Assembly (NCBI GenBank): GCA_002269645.1
Contig: NIVC01001197.1
Span: 62,001 to 126,000, forward strand
DNA length: 64,000 nt
Reading direction: 5' to 3'
DNA from: Macrostomum lignano
Taxonomy: Eukaryota
Shown here: one piece after another, positions 23,801-34,989 of the stretch
How the letters are laid out: the number at the start of each line of letters is the position of its first letter
Numbering within the stretch: the first letter of the stretch is position 1
Program-made: the position numbers and the translations under genes
The notes under the pieces: model-generated
What the model was told of the DNA's origin: nothing
Database searches by the model: none
The model's input: the letters and a program-made list of their open reading frames with translations, nothing else

Positions 23801-26128
23801 CCCGGCTCTCGCCCCCTGCTCTCTTTCTATCCTCTAACCCTTCGCATGCTTAAGTTAGTGAAAGGAAAATGAAATATTTATTAGAAATATAGAAGCGAAA
23901 CGAAGTCAGCTATCCCGGTAAGACAAAGCGTTATGCTCTTCGTTTATTTTTCTATCTCCTTCTAAATTCTTTCTTCCCCTCACAGTCTTCACTCGAGCAT
24001 GCGAAGCGTCTGTAGCCTCCACAAAAGTGTCCAGCTCTCTGGTGCTGCTGAGTGGTAGCCTTATCATTCGCACCTCCCTCTTGTCGTAGGGCTGGACGAG
24101 TTTCAGTAGGCTTTCTGTACGACTCAGAGGGTCTTCGCTCTCACACCTAGGCAGAAAGACCCCCTGGGCAGTCCAGTACCCCAACCCAGATCATCCCGTG
24201 TGCTGTCCGCACAGACGGAAGCGGGAAAATACAACACAATTTTAATATAGATTGTACGTTTACTGATTCAGTTCAAAGATGACATGCTTTGTAAAATTAC
24301 TTCAGTTTGCGAAAGCTACAAGCTGATAACCGATGGCAGTGGTGAGATCAGCAGCCACCAAGGCGCAGGTGCATTGCCTTACATAAGAGGAATGTCATGC
24401 AAATGGCAGTTTGTCGGTAAACCTGGAATTCAAATCTCAGCTAACTTGATCTACTTGAACTTGACGTCCAACTCTGACTCTATTGCTTTGTACGAAGGGT
24501 CAGACGACACTGAGTTAGTCACAATTCAAGGTGGCGCCTCCACATGGTCTACAAAGTTTTTGACTGTGTCAAACATCTTGACAGTGGTTTTCACCACTGG
24601 AAATGCTGCTGTAAGTAGTAGCAAAGGACTTGGTTTTCGGTTGCAGTACAGCGTTGGTAATAGTGTTGGTGCGTTAAAATGTTTTGCGTAATGTTCTCTG
24701 AGATATGGTGAGTGCTACGATGCATTATTCAATCGTAACTAATGCTCCTGAAATAAATGTATCCGCAGAACCAGCAACAACCAGTTCAAAACAGACTTCA
24801 TCAAGCACTGCACGCGCTGTTGTCAGCAGTCCAAGTTCGCCAGCAACTGCAAAAATCGTATCAGATAACAGCTCTGCTTTGGAGTCGACAACAACTGGTA
24901 AACTGTCACAAACTGGTAGGCAATTCATTTCAAACAATTTCCGTTTACGTTCTCTGCAATACGGTAAGTGTCACGACGTGTTACTTGTAGCTAATGTTCT
25001 TAAAATATCCACAGAACCAGCAACAACTAGTTCGAAACAGACTTCATCAAGCACAGCGCGCACTGTTGTCAGAAGCTCAAGTTCGCCGGCAACTACAAAA
25101 ATCGTATCAGATACCAGCTCTGCTCCGGAGTCGACAACAACTGGCAAACGGTCACAAACGGGTAGGAAATTACTTTTAAATATTCTTTTTGTTTAAGTTC
25201 TTTTCAAGATGGTGAGCGTTACAATGTATTACCCGCAACAAATGTTATTGACATATCTGAAGAACCGACAGCAACCAGTTCAAAGCAGACGTCAGCAACC
25301 ACAGCGCGCGCTGTTGTCAGCAGCCCAAGTTCGCCAGCAACTGCAAAAATTGTATCAGATACCAGCTCTGCTCCGGAGTCGGCAGCAACTGGCGAACTGT
25401 CACAAACGGGTGGGAGATTCATTTCAAACAAAATCCGTTAAAGTGAAAAGATTTTAATGTTTGCGTACATGCACACTCCTACATAGGGTTTTTATTTGTT
25501 GGTAAATATCTTTGCAAAATGACACAAATCGATTCATTCCTGATTTTTCAGAACCTACAGAATCTCTTCCGACTTATATTATCGCCTTAGCAATCGCTGT
25601 TCCCTCGGGTGCGATTGCATTTACTGCTGCAATAGTTGGAATTGTCATCCACAAGGTTTTGAGAAATTATGAAGTGATGCTTTAAGTTCATTAGTAAATC
25701 AATTTTTTGCACCATCTGACATTGTATATTGATCGTTTCAGTATCTTCAGAACCTGAAGCGACCTAAAACTCACACAAATTCTTATACTGAGGTAAGAAC
25801 CTTGCAATGATTTCGGCTGTCGTGCATTCCCGCACTTCACTAAAATATCCTAAAAGAAACTACTTGAATTTCGTTTATCTTTAACAAAAATTGCAGGGCA
25901 GCGCCGGTCCATATGCACCTGGGACAACGTCAGCGGAAGATGTAACTATCATAAAAATATTTCCTACATATTTTGTCATCTCGACCACGGCTTTCAGTAA
26001 AATCCTAAATATCATTCCTTCAGATTAAAGAGGACTACTATCTGGAAGCTGACAACGCTGCACAGAAGAATCCCGATGAGGACGACTACTACGACTATAT
26101 TGGCATGAATCCGCAAAGAGACCCATAG
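17879..26128 (+). CDS. CUB-repeat/mucin-stalk/TM receptor, paralog P2 (complete, about 1348 aa)
   Basis: Signal exon 17879-17954 (MILWQLGFVACALLIFLPKCGCQTA). Nine phase 1-1 CUB exons: 18181-18543, 18858-19229, 19578-19925, 20389-20736, 21549-21935, 22020-22373, 22447-22797, 23056-23406, 24306-24656. Mucin exons 24769-24915, 25015-25161, 25263-25409. TM 25552-25655. Tail 25742-25792, 25897-25941, 26024-26128 (ends DEDDYYDYIGMNPQRDP*). Total 4047 nt with an open frame. Confidence 0.9.
18589..18745. mobile_element. hAT MITE in P2 intron 2
   Basis: TIRs CAGTGGCGTAG / CTACGCCCCTG with an exact 8-bp TSD ATCATAAT (18581-18588 and 18746-18753). Confidence 0.9.
24700..25430 (+). repeat. Tandem exon-plus-intron triplication (about 247-bp period) encoding the mucin stalk
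   Basis: Three 147-bp exons (EPATTSSKQT...SQTG) with homologous intron segments. P1 has two such units (3782-4206). Confidence 0.9.
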
Positions 26129-27588
26129 CTCAGCGCACATTGCTGCGCCTTGAGTAATATGAGATGCAAATCAACGACTGGAGTTTGCTCGGACTGTTTA
26201 AACTGAAACACTAAACTCGTTTTTAACTTTTTAGTTTCTACTCTAACTCAGGTTTGCAAGCAATATGGTGCCTCAAAACCGAAGTGTTTTATCTGCTTAT
26301 TCGATAGAAAGAAATATTCTGCCATCGGCGCTACAGCTTAAAGTTTCCAACCAAGTTAATTGAGCAGCTAGCTAAGTTACTTTAGGTGGATTCTAAATAA
26401 TATTAAAATCATTGAATCTTCTTTATTCCCTTGCGAACTTGAAAAAGTTGCCTTCAGCAATCAGCAAGACTTGTATTCTCAGTGGTCACTTAATTAATAT
26501 TGTTGAAATAACCTAAGTAGAAATAAAGATCGTTGTAATCAAATTTTTGTCGGTTCTGACAGGCTCCTGCTACCCTTTCATAGCAGTTTGTAACCATTTC
26601 ATAATAATCGTGATTTCTATCACAAGGACACGCGGTTTGTATTCACTATGCTATCGAATAGGTATTCCTAAGTACATTTTATTTCTGCCTGGAGTTTCTC
26701 GCCAATATGTTTCGATATTCAGACTTTAAATCTTTGTCTCATGCGGCTATGAGAGGTTTTCTTTATTATAAAGATGATTTCAAATGAAATGTTTATTGAG
26801 CCTCTGATGCTTTCTTTCTTTTCAACTTATTTACGAAAGTTCAGAAACACTGCTATAGCTAGTATAGCATTGTAGAATAGAGAAAATCTAATACGAACTG
26901 TTTCTTGTTAATTTGCTCGTATGTTGTGTTTGCGTGTTTTTTAAAGAAGTATTCCTTTTATTTATTCCGTTATTCGCCTGAGGGCTTTAATTAAAGTGGA
27001 AATACAAAAACTTTGAAAAAATGGTAATCATACTTCTGATCAACATAACAAAGAAAGGCGTCTTTTTGGTAATACTAAAAATGTCTTCTGTAAGGTTTGC
27101 CCATTTAGCAGAGCAAGACGTGGCCATGGAGACGAGAAGACAATTTTCCGTGCACTTTTCAAGCTGTAGAATTGAGACAGCGGAGGGTTGGAGTTGGAGA
27201 GTCGGGAAGGAAATGGAGACGAAATTCCTCTCGTCCGCACTGTCCAACACCCCATACTGCATCAAATGCACTCTGCGGGTCTCTCTAACTCTCCGTCTGT
27301 GCTCAGCGTCAGCCCCAAGTACACTAGACAGTACAAGACAGCAGTCATCTACCTCAAATTCTCTGCGCCTCTGCTTGCTGAGTGACTATAAGCGCGATCT
27401 GTATTGTTTGTTCTCATGGACGCGCAGTGTACAGGGGAGGAGTAGCTGAGCTAGAAAGAGACAGAACTATGATATACGAGTATACGAGTATAGATGCGCT
27501 TCAAGGTAGTTTGCAGCCAAAGTATTTCGGGTGAGACCGCTTTGCCGCCGATGAACCTTTCCTTTTTCGGGGTGATTTCTCAGTAGTT

Positions 27589-29123
27589 ATGACAATGATC
27601 GGTCGTATTAGTCAGCACCTTACGTTTTTGTTACTACTACTATTGGCAATTGGTGAGTTTTCTTGGCATTTTGTCTATAATATATTTTTGGATGAACTTT
27701 TAAATTGGTCAAGCATTTAGCATTTTACATGTAGCTACAGCTAGTATATGAAGATCGGTTACATGCATATTGAGATTTTACCAGAGGATTCTTTTAGCGA
27801 TTAGACAAACCATGAGATAACGAATTTTAAAATGATAGCAGAATTTTTGTTTGGTTTTACATAAAACTACCGGATTCAGGTTGCGCTGCTGTCACCAAAA
27901 AGAAGGGAGCAGACTGCAAAGCGAACACCTGCAAAAACGGCGGTACCTGCAACACATTCACGCCCAGTCCGCTGTGTATCTGCGTGCTGCCTTACATTGC
28001 GCCGAACTGCGCTACCGCCGCTGACTACTGCAAAACCCTGCAACCTGACAAGAACATCACAGCGCTGCCTGTGTGCCAAAATGGAGGCGCCTGCACCATG
28101 ACTTACACTGATCCGTTCTTTAATTGTACCTGTCCGCCTGAGTTTTACGGTGAACATTCGGATTTTCAAGTACTGTGTTAAATTGCATACCTATCTACAA
28201 TATGAGCTACGTAACTTTATTGAGGTGCAATCAAAACTCGCGGTTCTAGCGAAAGATTCGTTATTAGAAATATCTAGACTATAAATGAATTCAGCAGGTC
28301 CTTATCTTTTTTTCTTACAGGAATTCGATGTCAATTTAGAGTGACCTCCGTTGCTCCAACAACGATGGAAAGAACAACGGATACTTACGGAGGCGCCACC
28401 AGCTCCAGATACTCTGACGGAATCAACGCAACGCTGATGCCGAGTACCAAAAGTCCAGGTAAGAATTATGCTAGAAATCTGCATCTTTTGAGAAACTGCT
28501 GCGATCATGAATGGCCGCATCTGTTCTACTTTTAGACCCAGTCGACTCAAATCCGTTCGACAGCCTACTGGTGAAGTCCCTTGCCATTGGGATTCCATCC
28601 GCGATCGTTCTAGCACTGATCATTGCTGGCGTTGTTGCTCTGATTGTGAAATGCCGCAACTGCGGAAAGGTAAAATTACGCAAGTAACACGTCGAAATGG
28701 AATTCGTTTAAGCACCAACATGAACTTTCTCTTCAAAATGCATTGGTAGGATAGGCATTCTTCAGTTTTAGCTACAGCACTTATTTGTGAAGTATTTCCC
28801 TAGCTACTAGTATCTGCTCTCCAGAAGATCATTTGAAGAGCTCATACATGTATGCACTAGTTAGTACGCTATCTTTCCCTTAACAGTTAAAGTAACAATT
28901 CATATGGTTCTGGGGTTGATTTACTAAGCGAACTTTTATCAGTAAGTTTAAAATTTAAGCATTTATAGTGTATATTTTCATTTTTAGTATATTGGATAGA
29001 TATTTTACTCAAATATTTCTAAGGTGACATTTAATAGGGAAAATTTTAAAATTATTGATTATTTAATAACAGCTTCCCTTCAATCTAATCTGATTTCAGG
29101 GCTCCGGAAGCAGATACGTTTAA
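27589..29123 (+). CDS. Signal peptide-2xEGF-mucin-TM protein with a very short tail (209 aa)
   Basis: Exons 27589-27652, 27880-28149, 28321-28458, 28536-28669 and 29100-29123 (630 nt). EGF1 is CKANTCKNGGTCNTFTPSPLCICVLPYIAPNC. EGF2 is completed across a phase-1 intron (CTCPPEFYG|IRC). TM is LAIGIPSAIVLALIIAGVVALIV and the tail KCRNCGK|GSGSRYV*. Confidence 0.88.
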
Positions 29124-30024
29124 GAAGACGTCAGACCGAGTCTTTATTTGCAAATGAGGAATTAAAAACTGATAGCTGATGCCTATAAAAAATATGAATG
29201 ATAAACACGTACGTCAGTTTGAGGCAGGTATTTGACTTCAAACAGGTTTTAAACCCGCCCCCGCAGGCCTAGCCTCGCTTTGGTAGGTTGGTTGGGTGCA
29301 GGTGCTCTGCGTGCGTGCGGGGCATTGAGCTGCCTCCCCTCTCCACTCTATGCTATTTAGCCTCGCGTCGCGGCCAAGGAGTCGACGTAATTTTGGCAAA
29401 AAACTCTGAATTATAAACAATTATTATTGAATTGTTGCAAATGAACAGTTCTTTTTATATTGTAAAAAAAACTATTGAAGTTATAAAAAGTGTGTCAACT
29501 TTGTTAAATCGACATCATTCCTATTTTATACTCTGAATGGTTCTCTCTAATGCTTATTTTGCTTGAACTCTCTCATTTTTTTCAGGTCTACTAGCTCTGC
29601 AAACAACTAAAAGCCAGCAAGAATATTCGTTAATTTCATACTCAAAAGAGATCGGAAATCGAAGCAAAGAATCGCAATAGATTATATATATACACCTTAG
29701 ATAGCAACAGGTAGCCAAATGCCCACTATACTTATTTTTTCTTAAATTACCGCATTGACTCTGTCTCACACCGTTTTAAAATATTTTTGCCTATATACAG
29801 TGTTAGCTCGTTTTTATCTGTCTTAATGTTATTGTTTTATTCCTTGCAAACTTTTGCAGCAATGCCTTTGATTGTAAACTGGAATCTCTGATTTAGTCAA
29901 TAAAATGCTTTGATTTTCTGCATGCGAATGCGCCAATTTTTTCAGTAGATGATGGCTCTATGCTAAAAAAAACTGCAAGTATTTTGGGTGCCTTTATTTT
30001 GATTGCGGGCTTTAGATCCAGTAA

Positions 30025-30165
30025 GTTTAGCACCGGGGGTTTTAGCACCAGGGGCTTTAGCAACAGGGGCTTTAGCACCAGGGGCGTCAGCACCAGGGGC
30101 TTTAGAACCAGGGGCTTTAGCACCATGGGCTTTAGCTCCAGGGGCGTCCGCACCAGGGGCATTAG
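30025..30165. repeat. Short degenerate copy (about 10 units) of the 15-bp minisatellite
   Basis: TTTAGCACCAGGGGC variants, more diverged than the arrays at 12.8 and 14.9 kb. Confidence 0.9.
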
Positions 30166-31559
30166 GACCAGAGAGATGCAATTAGTGAGTCACTTCTGGA
30201 GTCCCAGCGAAAGCGCAACTAGCAAGTGGAGCTAAAAGACAAAGACTATAATTACAGCTTAGATTAAAGCAACGAGGTAAGTTTGACGCCCAGTGCCTGG
30301 GCATCAACCGTAAGGTGCTGCCACGATCGTCTGATTCGGCATGTCTTCTCCGACGCCTTGGCCCGTGGCCCTGGAGACTGACGCCTGCATCGGTGGCGGC
30401 GCAGCCTTTTTTAACAGTCGCTGCTCAGCGATTGGTTTTTCTTTGGTTTCGACTCGAACATGGACGGCCGCTTGGCCGATCTGCGCATCAATTTTAAGGA
30501 GGCTGTCATCGCTCGCTCTCGCTTTGCTGCTGCGATTTCGCAACAGCAGTGTTCGGAGTGACGGTTTGCTCGACTTTTCTAGAGGTTCACATGCAGGTAT
30601 ATTGCGTGAGCAACTAGATAGCCACCCCGTTGAATATTCTGCTTTCTGTGTGATATAAAATTGAAAAAAACAAACACAAAGAAGAGAAAATGCCTATATG
30701 TTCCTTTCCATGTTTTACAGTTTTCAGTTTAAATGTCTTTTATCTTGCAGAAATGTTTTACTGAAAATTTTGTTGGAAATTTTCTTTCACAAGAACACAG
30801 TCACATAATCAAACACAAACACAAGCTATTATAGTATAAATTATAGTATATAGTATAAATTAATTCAAAAGAAAAACCAAAAGCCCATAAAATTGTCACT
30901 TTTTTAGAATTTTCCGCAGCTTGCTCGCAGGGATCACAGTAACCCCCGAGCCATCACCAGCTCATTCGCCTTCGCTTTAGCACTTCCTTCGGCTTGCTGG
31001 GCTGCCTTGCGCTTTTGGAGGTGCTCACGTTTCTTACGCAGAGTTTCAATATCTTGCTCACGGCTTTCAGTGGCCTCCGTGCGCTGAGCAGACGCTGATT
31101 TGCCACCTCTTTCTCTTTTAACTTCACCTCTATCTCCTCCTTCTCAACCAGCTTCTCTTCCAGAAATCTGCTTACAATAATCGGCGACATTGTTACAAAT
31201 TTTGCGCATTCGCGCCTGTCAGCACCAGATTCGCGACTGACACGAATTCGCGCCTCGCTTCGAACACTGCGCGTCAACAGGCTTCATCAGGACAGGTGAT
31301 TTTCTACAGCGACAGCAGCTGTAGATCACCTTCAAAAACTTTTATCTGCCCGGTCACCGCCGGCGATCCTTGCCAACCCCGACTCTCTTCTTCTGACGGG
31401 AGCCGCTGCTCTGATCGATTTTGGCTCTCGGTTCTGCAGTCATTTTTTGATTGATTCCTTTTAATTTGCTTTGCATGCCCTGGGACCTGCTTCCGCATCC
31501 ACCCTGTTTTCCAAGTGCCTTTTGGCTGCCAACCGAGCTGTTCTCCATGGTTTGTGTCG

Positions 31560-32130
31560 CCTTCGCACCGGCGAAGCTGTGGTCGAGGTAACAAATGTGG
31601 AGGACGTGGCGATCGCCTTCTGCAGCGAGACAAAGATCAAAGCTCTCTGAAGCCGACTCCAACTCAGATTTGCCAGTTCATCAGCTTTCTCATGCGCCAT
31701 CGTCTGTCACAACAATCAAACCTGCAGGCACGCATCAGCTCGATCGCCACTCTGCAGCGACTCAGCGACTGTCCGGTGACGACAGACTCGGGACTCGTGA
31801 GCCTGGCTTTTCAAAGCTGCGCTGGATCCGAGTCGTCTGTTGCGACTGCGGTGGCCTTGAAGCTGCTCTGTGGAGCCTCATCTTAGCCGGCTGCTGGGCG
31901 ATGCTACGGGCGGCCAATCGTCAGCCGCTGTCAACCGGACGAACATCGGCAAGGCAGTGCTGGTCAGCGTTCTCCGCCTTGGCGTCAAGGAAGTCCAGAT
32001 TTCGGTTCGCCTGATCAAGACAAATCAGTTCGGCGAGTGCCGTCACGTTGTTATTTCTGCCCCGCATCTGCAAGAGTGCTTCGCCGTGTCCGCTTTGTGA
32101 GCTCCAAAATCACTTCAGCCGGAACTCACT
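31560..32130 (+). mobile_element. DIRS/Ngaro-type tyrosine recombinase fragment (decayed), copy 2
   Basis: LKPTPTQICQFISFL..., ALWSLILAGCWAMLRAAN and VRLIKTNQFGECRHVVISAPHLQECFAVSAL, with frameshifts. Confidence 0.65.
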
Positions 32131-32671
32131 AGACCAGGGGTCGCAAAATGTTCTAGAGAATCTAGTGTATAACTGAGGAGGGTAGAGGAGAAAAGAGGAG
32201 GGGAGAGAATGGAGAGGAGAGAGAAGAGAGAATGGAGAGGAGAGGAGAGAAAATCTGCAAGAGACTTCACAATTGATACGCTTCTGTCCCAGAGATATAG
32301 CCTCGATTAGTTGCTCTAACTAACCACAAAATCTTTTGAGGCTGCTCCGAGTCTGAGGTTTCGGCTCGGATTTTACGCTTATATTTATAGTCGAAATTTT
32401 GGCATATACTTAGTAGCGCGACTCATATTTCATCAGATTTCAACTTATTTCATCATATTTCACCATAGTTGCAACATATTTCACCATAGTTGCAACTTGT
32501 CTCATGCTTCGTGGTACGTTGTATTCACAGTCTTAAAATGGAGCATGACAATTTGCAATTTTTATAACATTCAGGTTTTTCGCATTTTTGTGTTACTACT
32601 TACAGTAGTCTACTTGTATTGTTTCTGGAGATCTCTACACTGGTTACCGAACTAGCAAGCAGATCAGCAAG

Positions 32672-33025
32672 ATGTGCGGCCTGAGCAAGGGATATACAAA
32701 CCACTGCATCCGCGTCACTCGCATTGCTGATCTGAAAGAGTCAGGCTATTCTGTGTCTGCCATCATGAGCATTACTGGCCAACAAACGGAGTCTACTGTG
32801 CGGCGGTATCTCTCCCGGATGCGTGACAGCGCCATTCGAGACATGGCAACTACTGTGGATGCTACGTTAGAACTACGCGGTGTGAATGCCGACAGCAGCG
32901 GTACCTGCGTCTCGACTAGCAGCAAAAGCATCATCAGCCACGAGACAGCAACTGTTCGTGAGGATACCAATGCTGCAGTGTTCTCCAACTGCCAGTTCGC
33001 AAATTGCACGATCAATATCAATTAG
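32672..33025 (+). mobile_element. Crypton-type (DUF3504-like) tyrosine recombinase C-terminal fragment
   Basis: YTNHCIRVT (HxxR), ITGQ (ITGH-like, degenerate), STVRRY (catalytic Tyr) and a terminal FANCTININ typical of DUF3504/Crypton proteins. Confidence 0.7.
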
Positions 33026-34989
33026 TAGTAGGAATACGTAACAGGGCAATAACATCTGTGTTCACCACGTTTTGTTGTACCAACATGAGTCGTATTTGTT
33101 TCGCTTTTTGCTTGTTGTTCTCATATTCATATTTTTTCCTGCGCAACTTGTTTGCACGCAATCGTTGAACGCGTAATACTCGTACGAGTACGAGCCAATA
33201 AATATTAGACCAAAGTCTATGGTCAAAATATCTGCTCTAGCGTGTGACAATCAAAAGCGTTGCCAGTAGGCTTGATCTATTTGACAATAAAGAAAATTAA
33301 TAACCTATTGCCTGAATTAAGACAGCATTACTTGGGCGCATCAGCCCCAAAACAGAATACAGAGAAAACTTTCAGCCTTTCTGTTGGTGTCAAGTTATTA
33401 AAAAGTTTAAATTCTTTGCTTAGGCTATTCGCAACTTTTGTGAATATCATACATGCTAAATCTTTAATGTCTGTGATCTTAACTGAGTCTTTTTAGAATT
33501 ACGGATTCTGCTTCAAACTATTTTTTCCAAGTTCATTAAGTTTAGCTTTACAAAATGGCCGCATTTTCGTAGAGAAAAAGCAAATTAATACTCTCGTACC
33601 TTGTTTGCTTTTTGAGCACTCCTTTTGTTTGCGCTCAAAATCGGCTAAAATACGAGACCCCACTATAGGGAACAAGTGCCTTGAAACCACTTTGAAAAAC
33701 AGCTCTTTCATCTCTTTCCTTCGACCCATTTGAAGATGCTTCGTTTAATTGTTTGTAAATTTCTGTGTAAGCCTGGGTGAGAGTAAAAGCATTGGTGCAC
33801 GCTAGAAGAACGCCTAGCATCCGTGTTTCTAATATTTTTTTCTATTTTGTTTGTGTAAAGCAAGCCTTTTTTGCCACTGTGTTGGTCGTAAGGGCATTTA
33901 AGCTGGGGGGGGGGTGAGGTGGTTGGCTTGGTTGGGGTGTGGTGCGTGTGACGATGTGTTGGGGGGGGGCGCTATTTAGTCCAGTCTCCGCTTGTGCTCA
34001 ATTTTTTTCTCTCGTTTTTTCCTCAACCATTCAATGCTTAGCAACAATAAATTCGTTTGCAAGTTTTGCTTCGCGCAGAGGTCTTGTTTCGGGCCACCTC
34101 TGGTCTTGCGCTTTTCCTTTCCCCGCGGTTTAAGTAAAATTGCACCGAGCTTTAATTATTAAGTCGGTCATGACCATCATGTTTGTACTGCATTTGATTA
34201 GTTTGCTGCTGCATGCCACATTTCGACCTTTATTTAAAAGGATGAGAAGCCGCCATGTTTCATTCAATAAAATATGCAGCTTTCAGAGACGACTTTAAAG
34301 CCTGTCTGTTGGTGTCAAGTTATTAATTAACCGTTTAAGTTCTTTGCATAATCAGTTCACAACTTTTTATGAATATTATACAGGCTATATCTTCAATGTA
34401 TGTGCTCTTAATTCAGCAATGAACCTGTTTAGAATTACGGATTCTGCTCAAAACAGTTTTCCAAGTTCTTAAAGTTTAGCCTTGCAAAATGGTCTCAGTT
34501 TCGTAGAGCAAAAACGAATTATACCCTGTTTGCTTCTTGGGCACTACTTGTGTTTTTTGCGCTCTCAAAATGCTGCAACACGAGACCCACTAGCCATAGT
34601 GAAATGCCGTGAAAACCCTTTGAAAAAGCTCTCTTATCTTTTTCCTTTCGACCCATTTAAAGATGCTTCATTTAATTGTTTGTGAATTTCTGTGTAAACC
34701 CTGGGTAAGCCTGGGTAAGAGAAAACGCATTGGTGCACGCCATGAGAAAGCCTAGCATCCGTGTTTCTAATACTTTTCTAGTATAAAACAGGCCTTGTTG
34801 TGAAAAAATCTCTCAGAAGCAAGTGCAACGGAATTTTCCTTGCGATTTCGAAAAACCCAGAGAGTTCTGAAATATTTTAATATGACCTACCAGCAGGAAT
34901 GCAGTAAGTTAATTGGGTTCGAAATAACAAAACTAGAAAATAACTTACCCATTTATTATTACTTCTCTTTCAATTTTTTTGTCGCAGAA

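Noticed and set aside
1693-26128. Naming the CUB genes cubilin, tolloid/BMP1 or neuropilin
   Set aside because: P2 has no EGF, astacin, FA58C or MAM exons, and it has a TM and tail unlike cubilin, so no gene symbol is justified.
27984-28181. EGF2 apparently missing its sixth Cys (EFYGEHS)
   Set aside because: The ORF track reads into the intron; splicing at 28149 to 28321 gives EFYGIRC.
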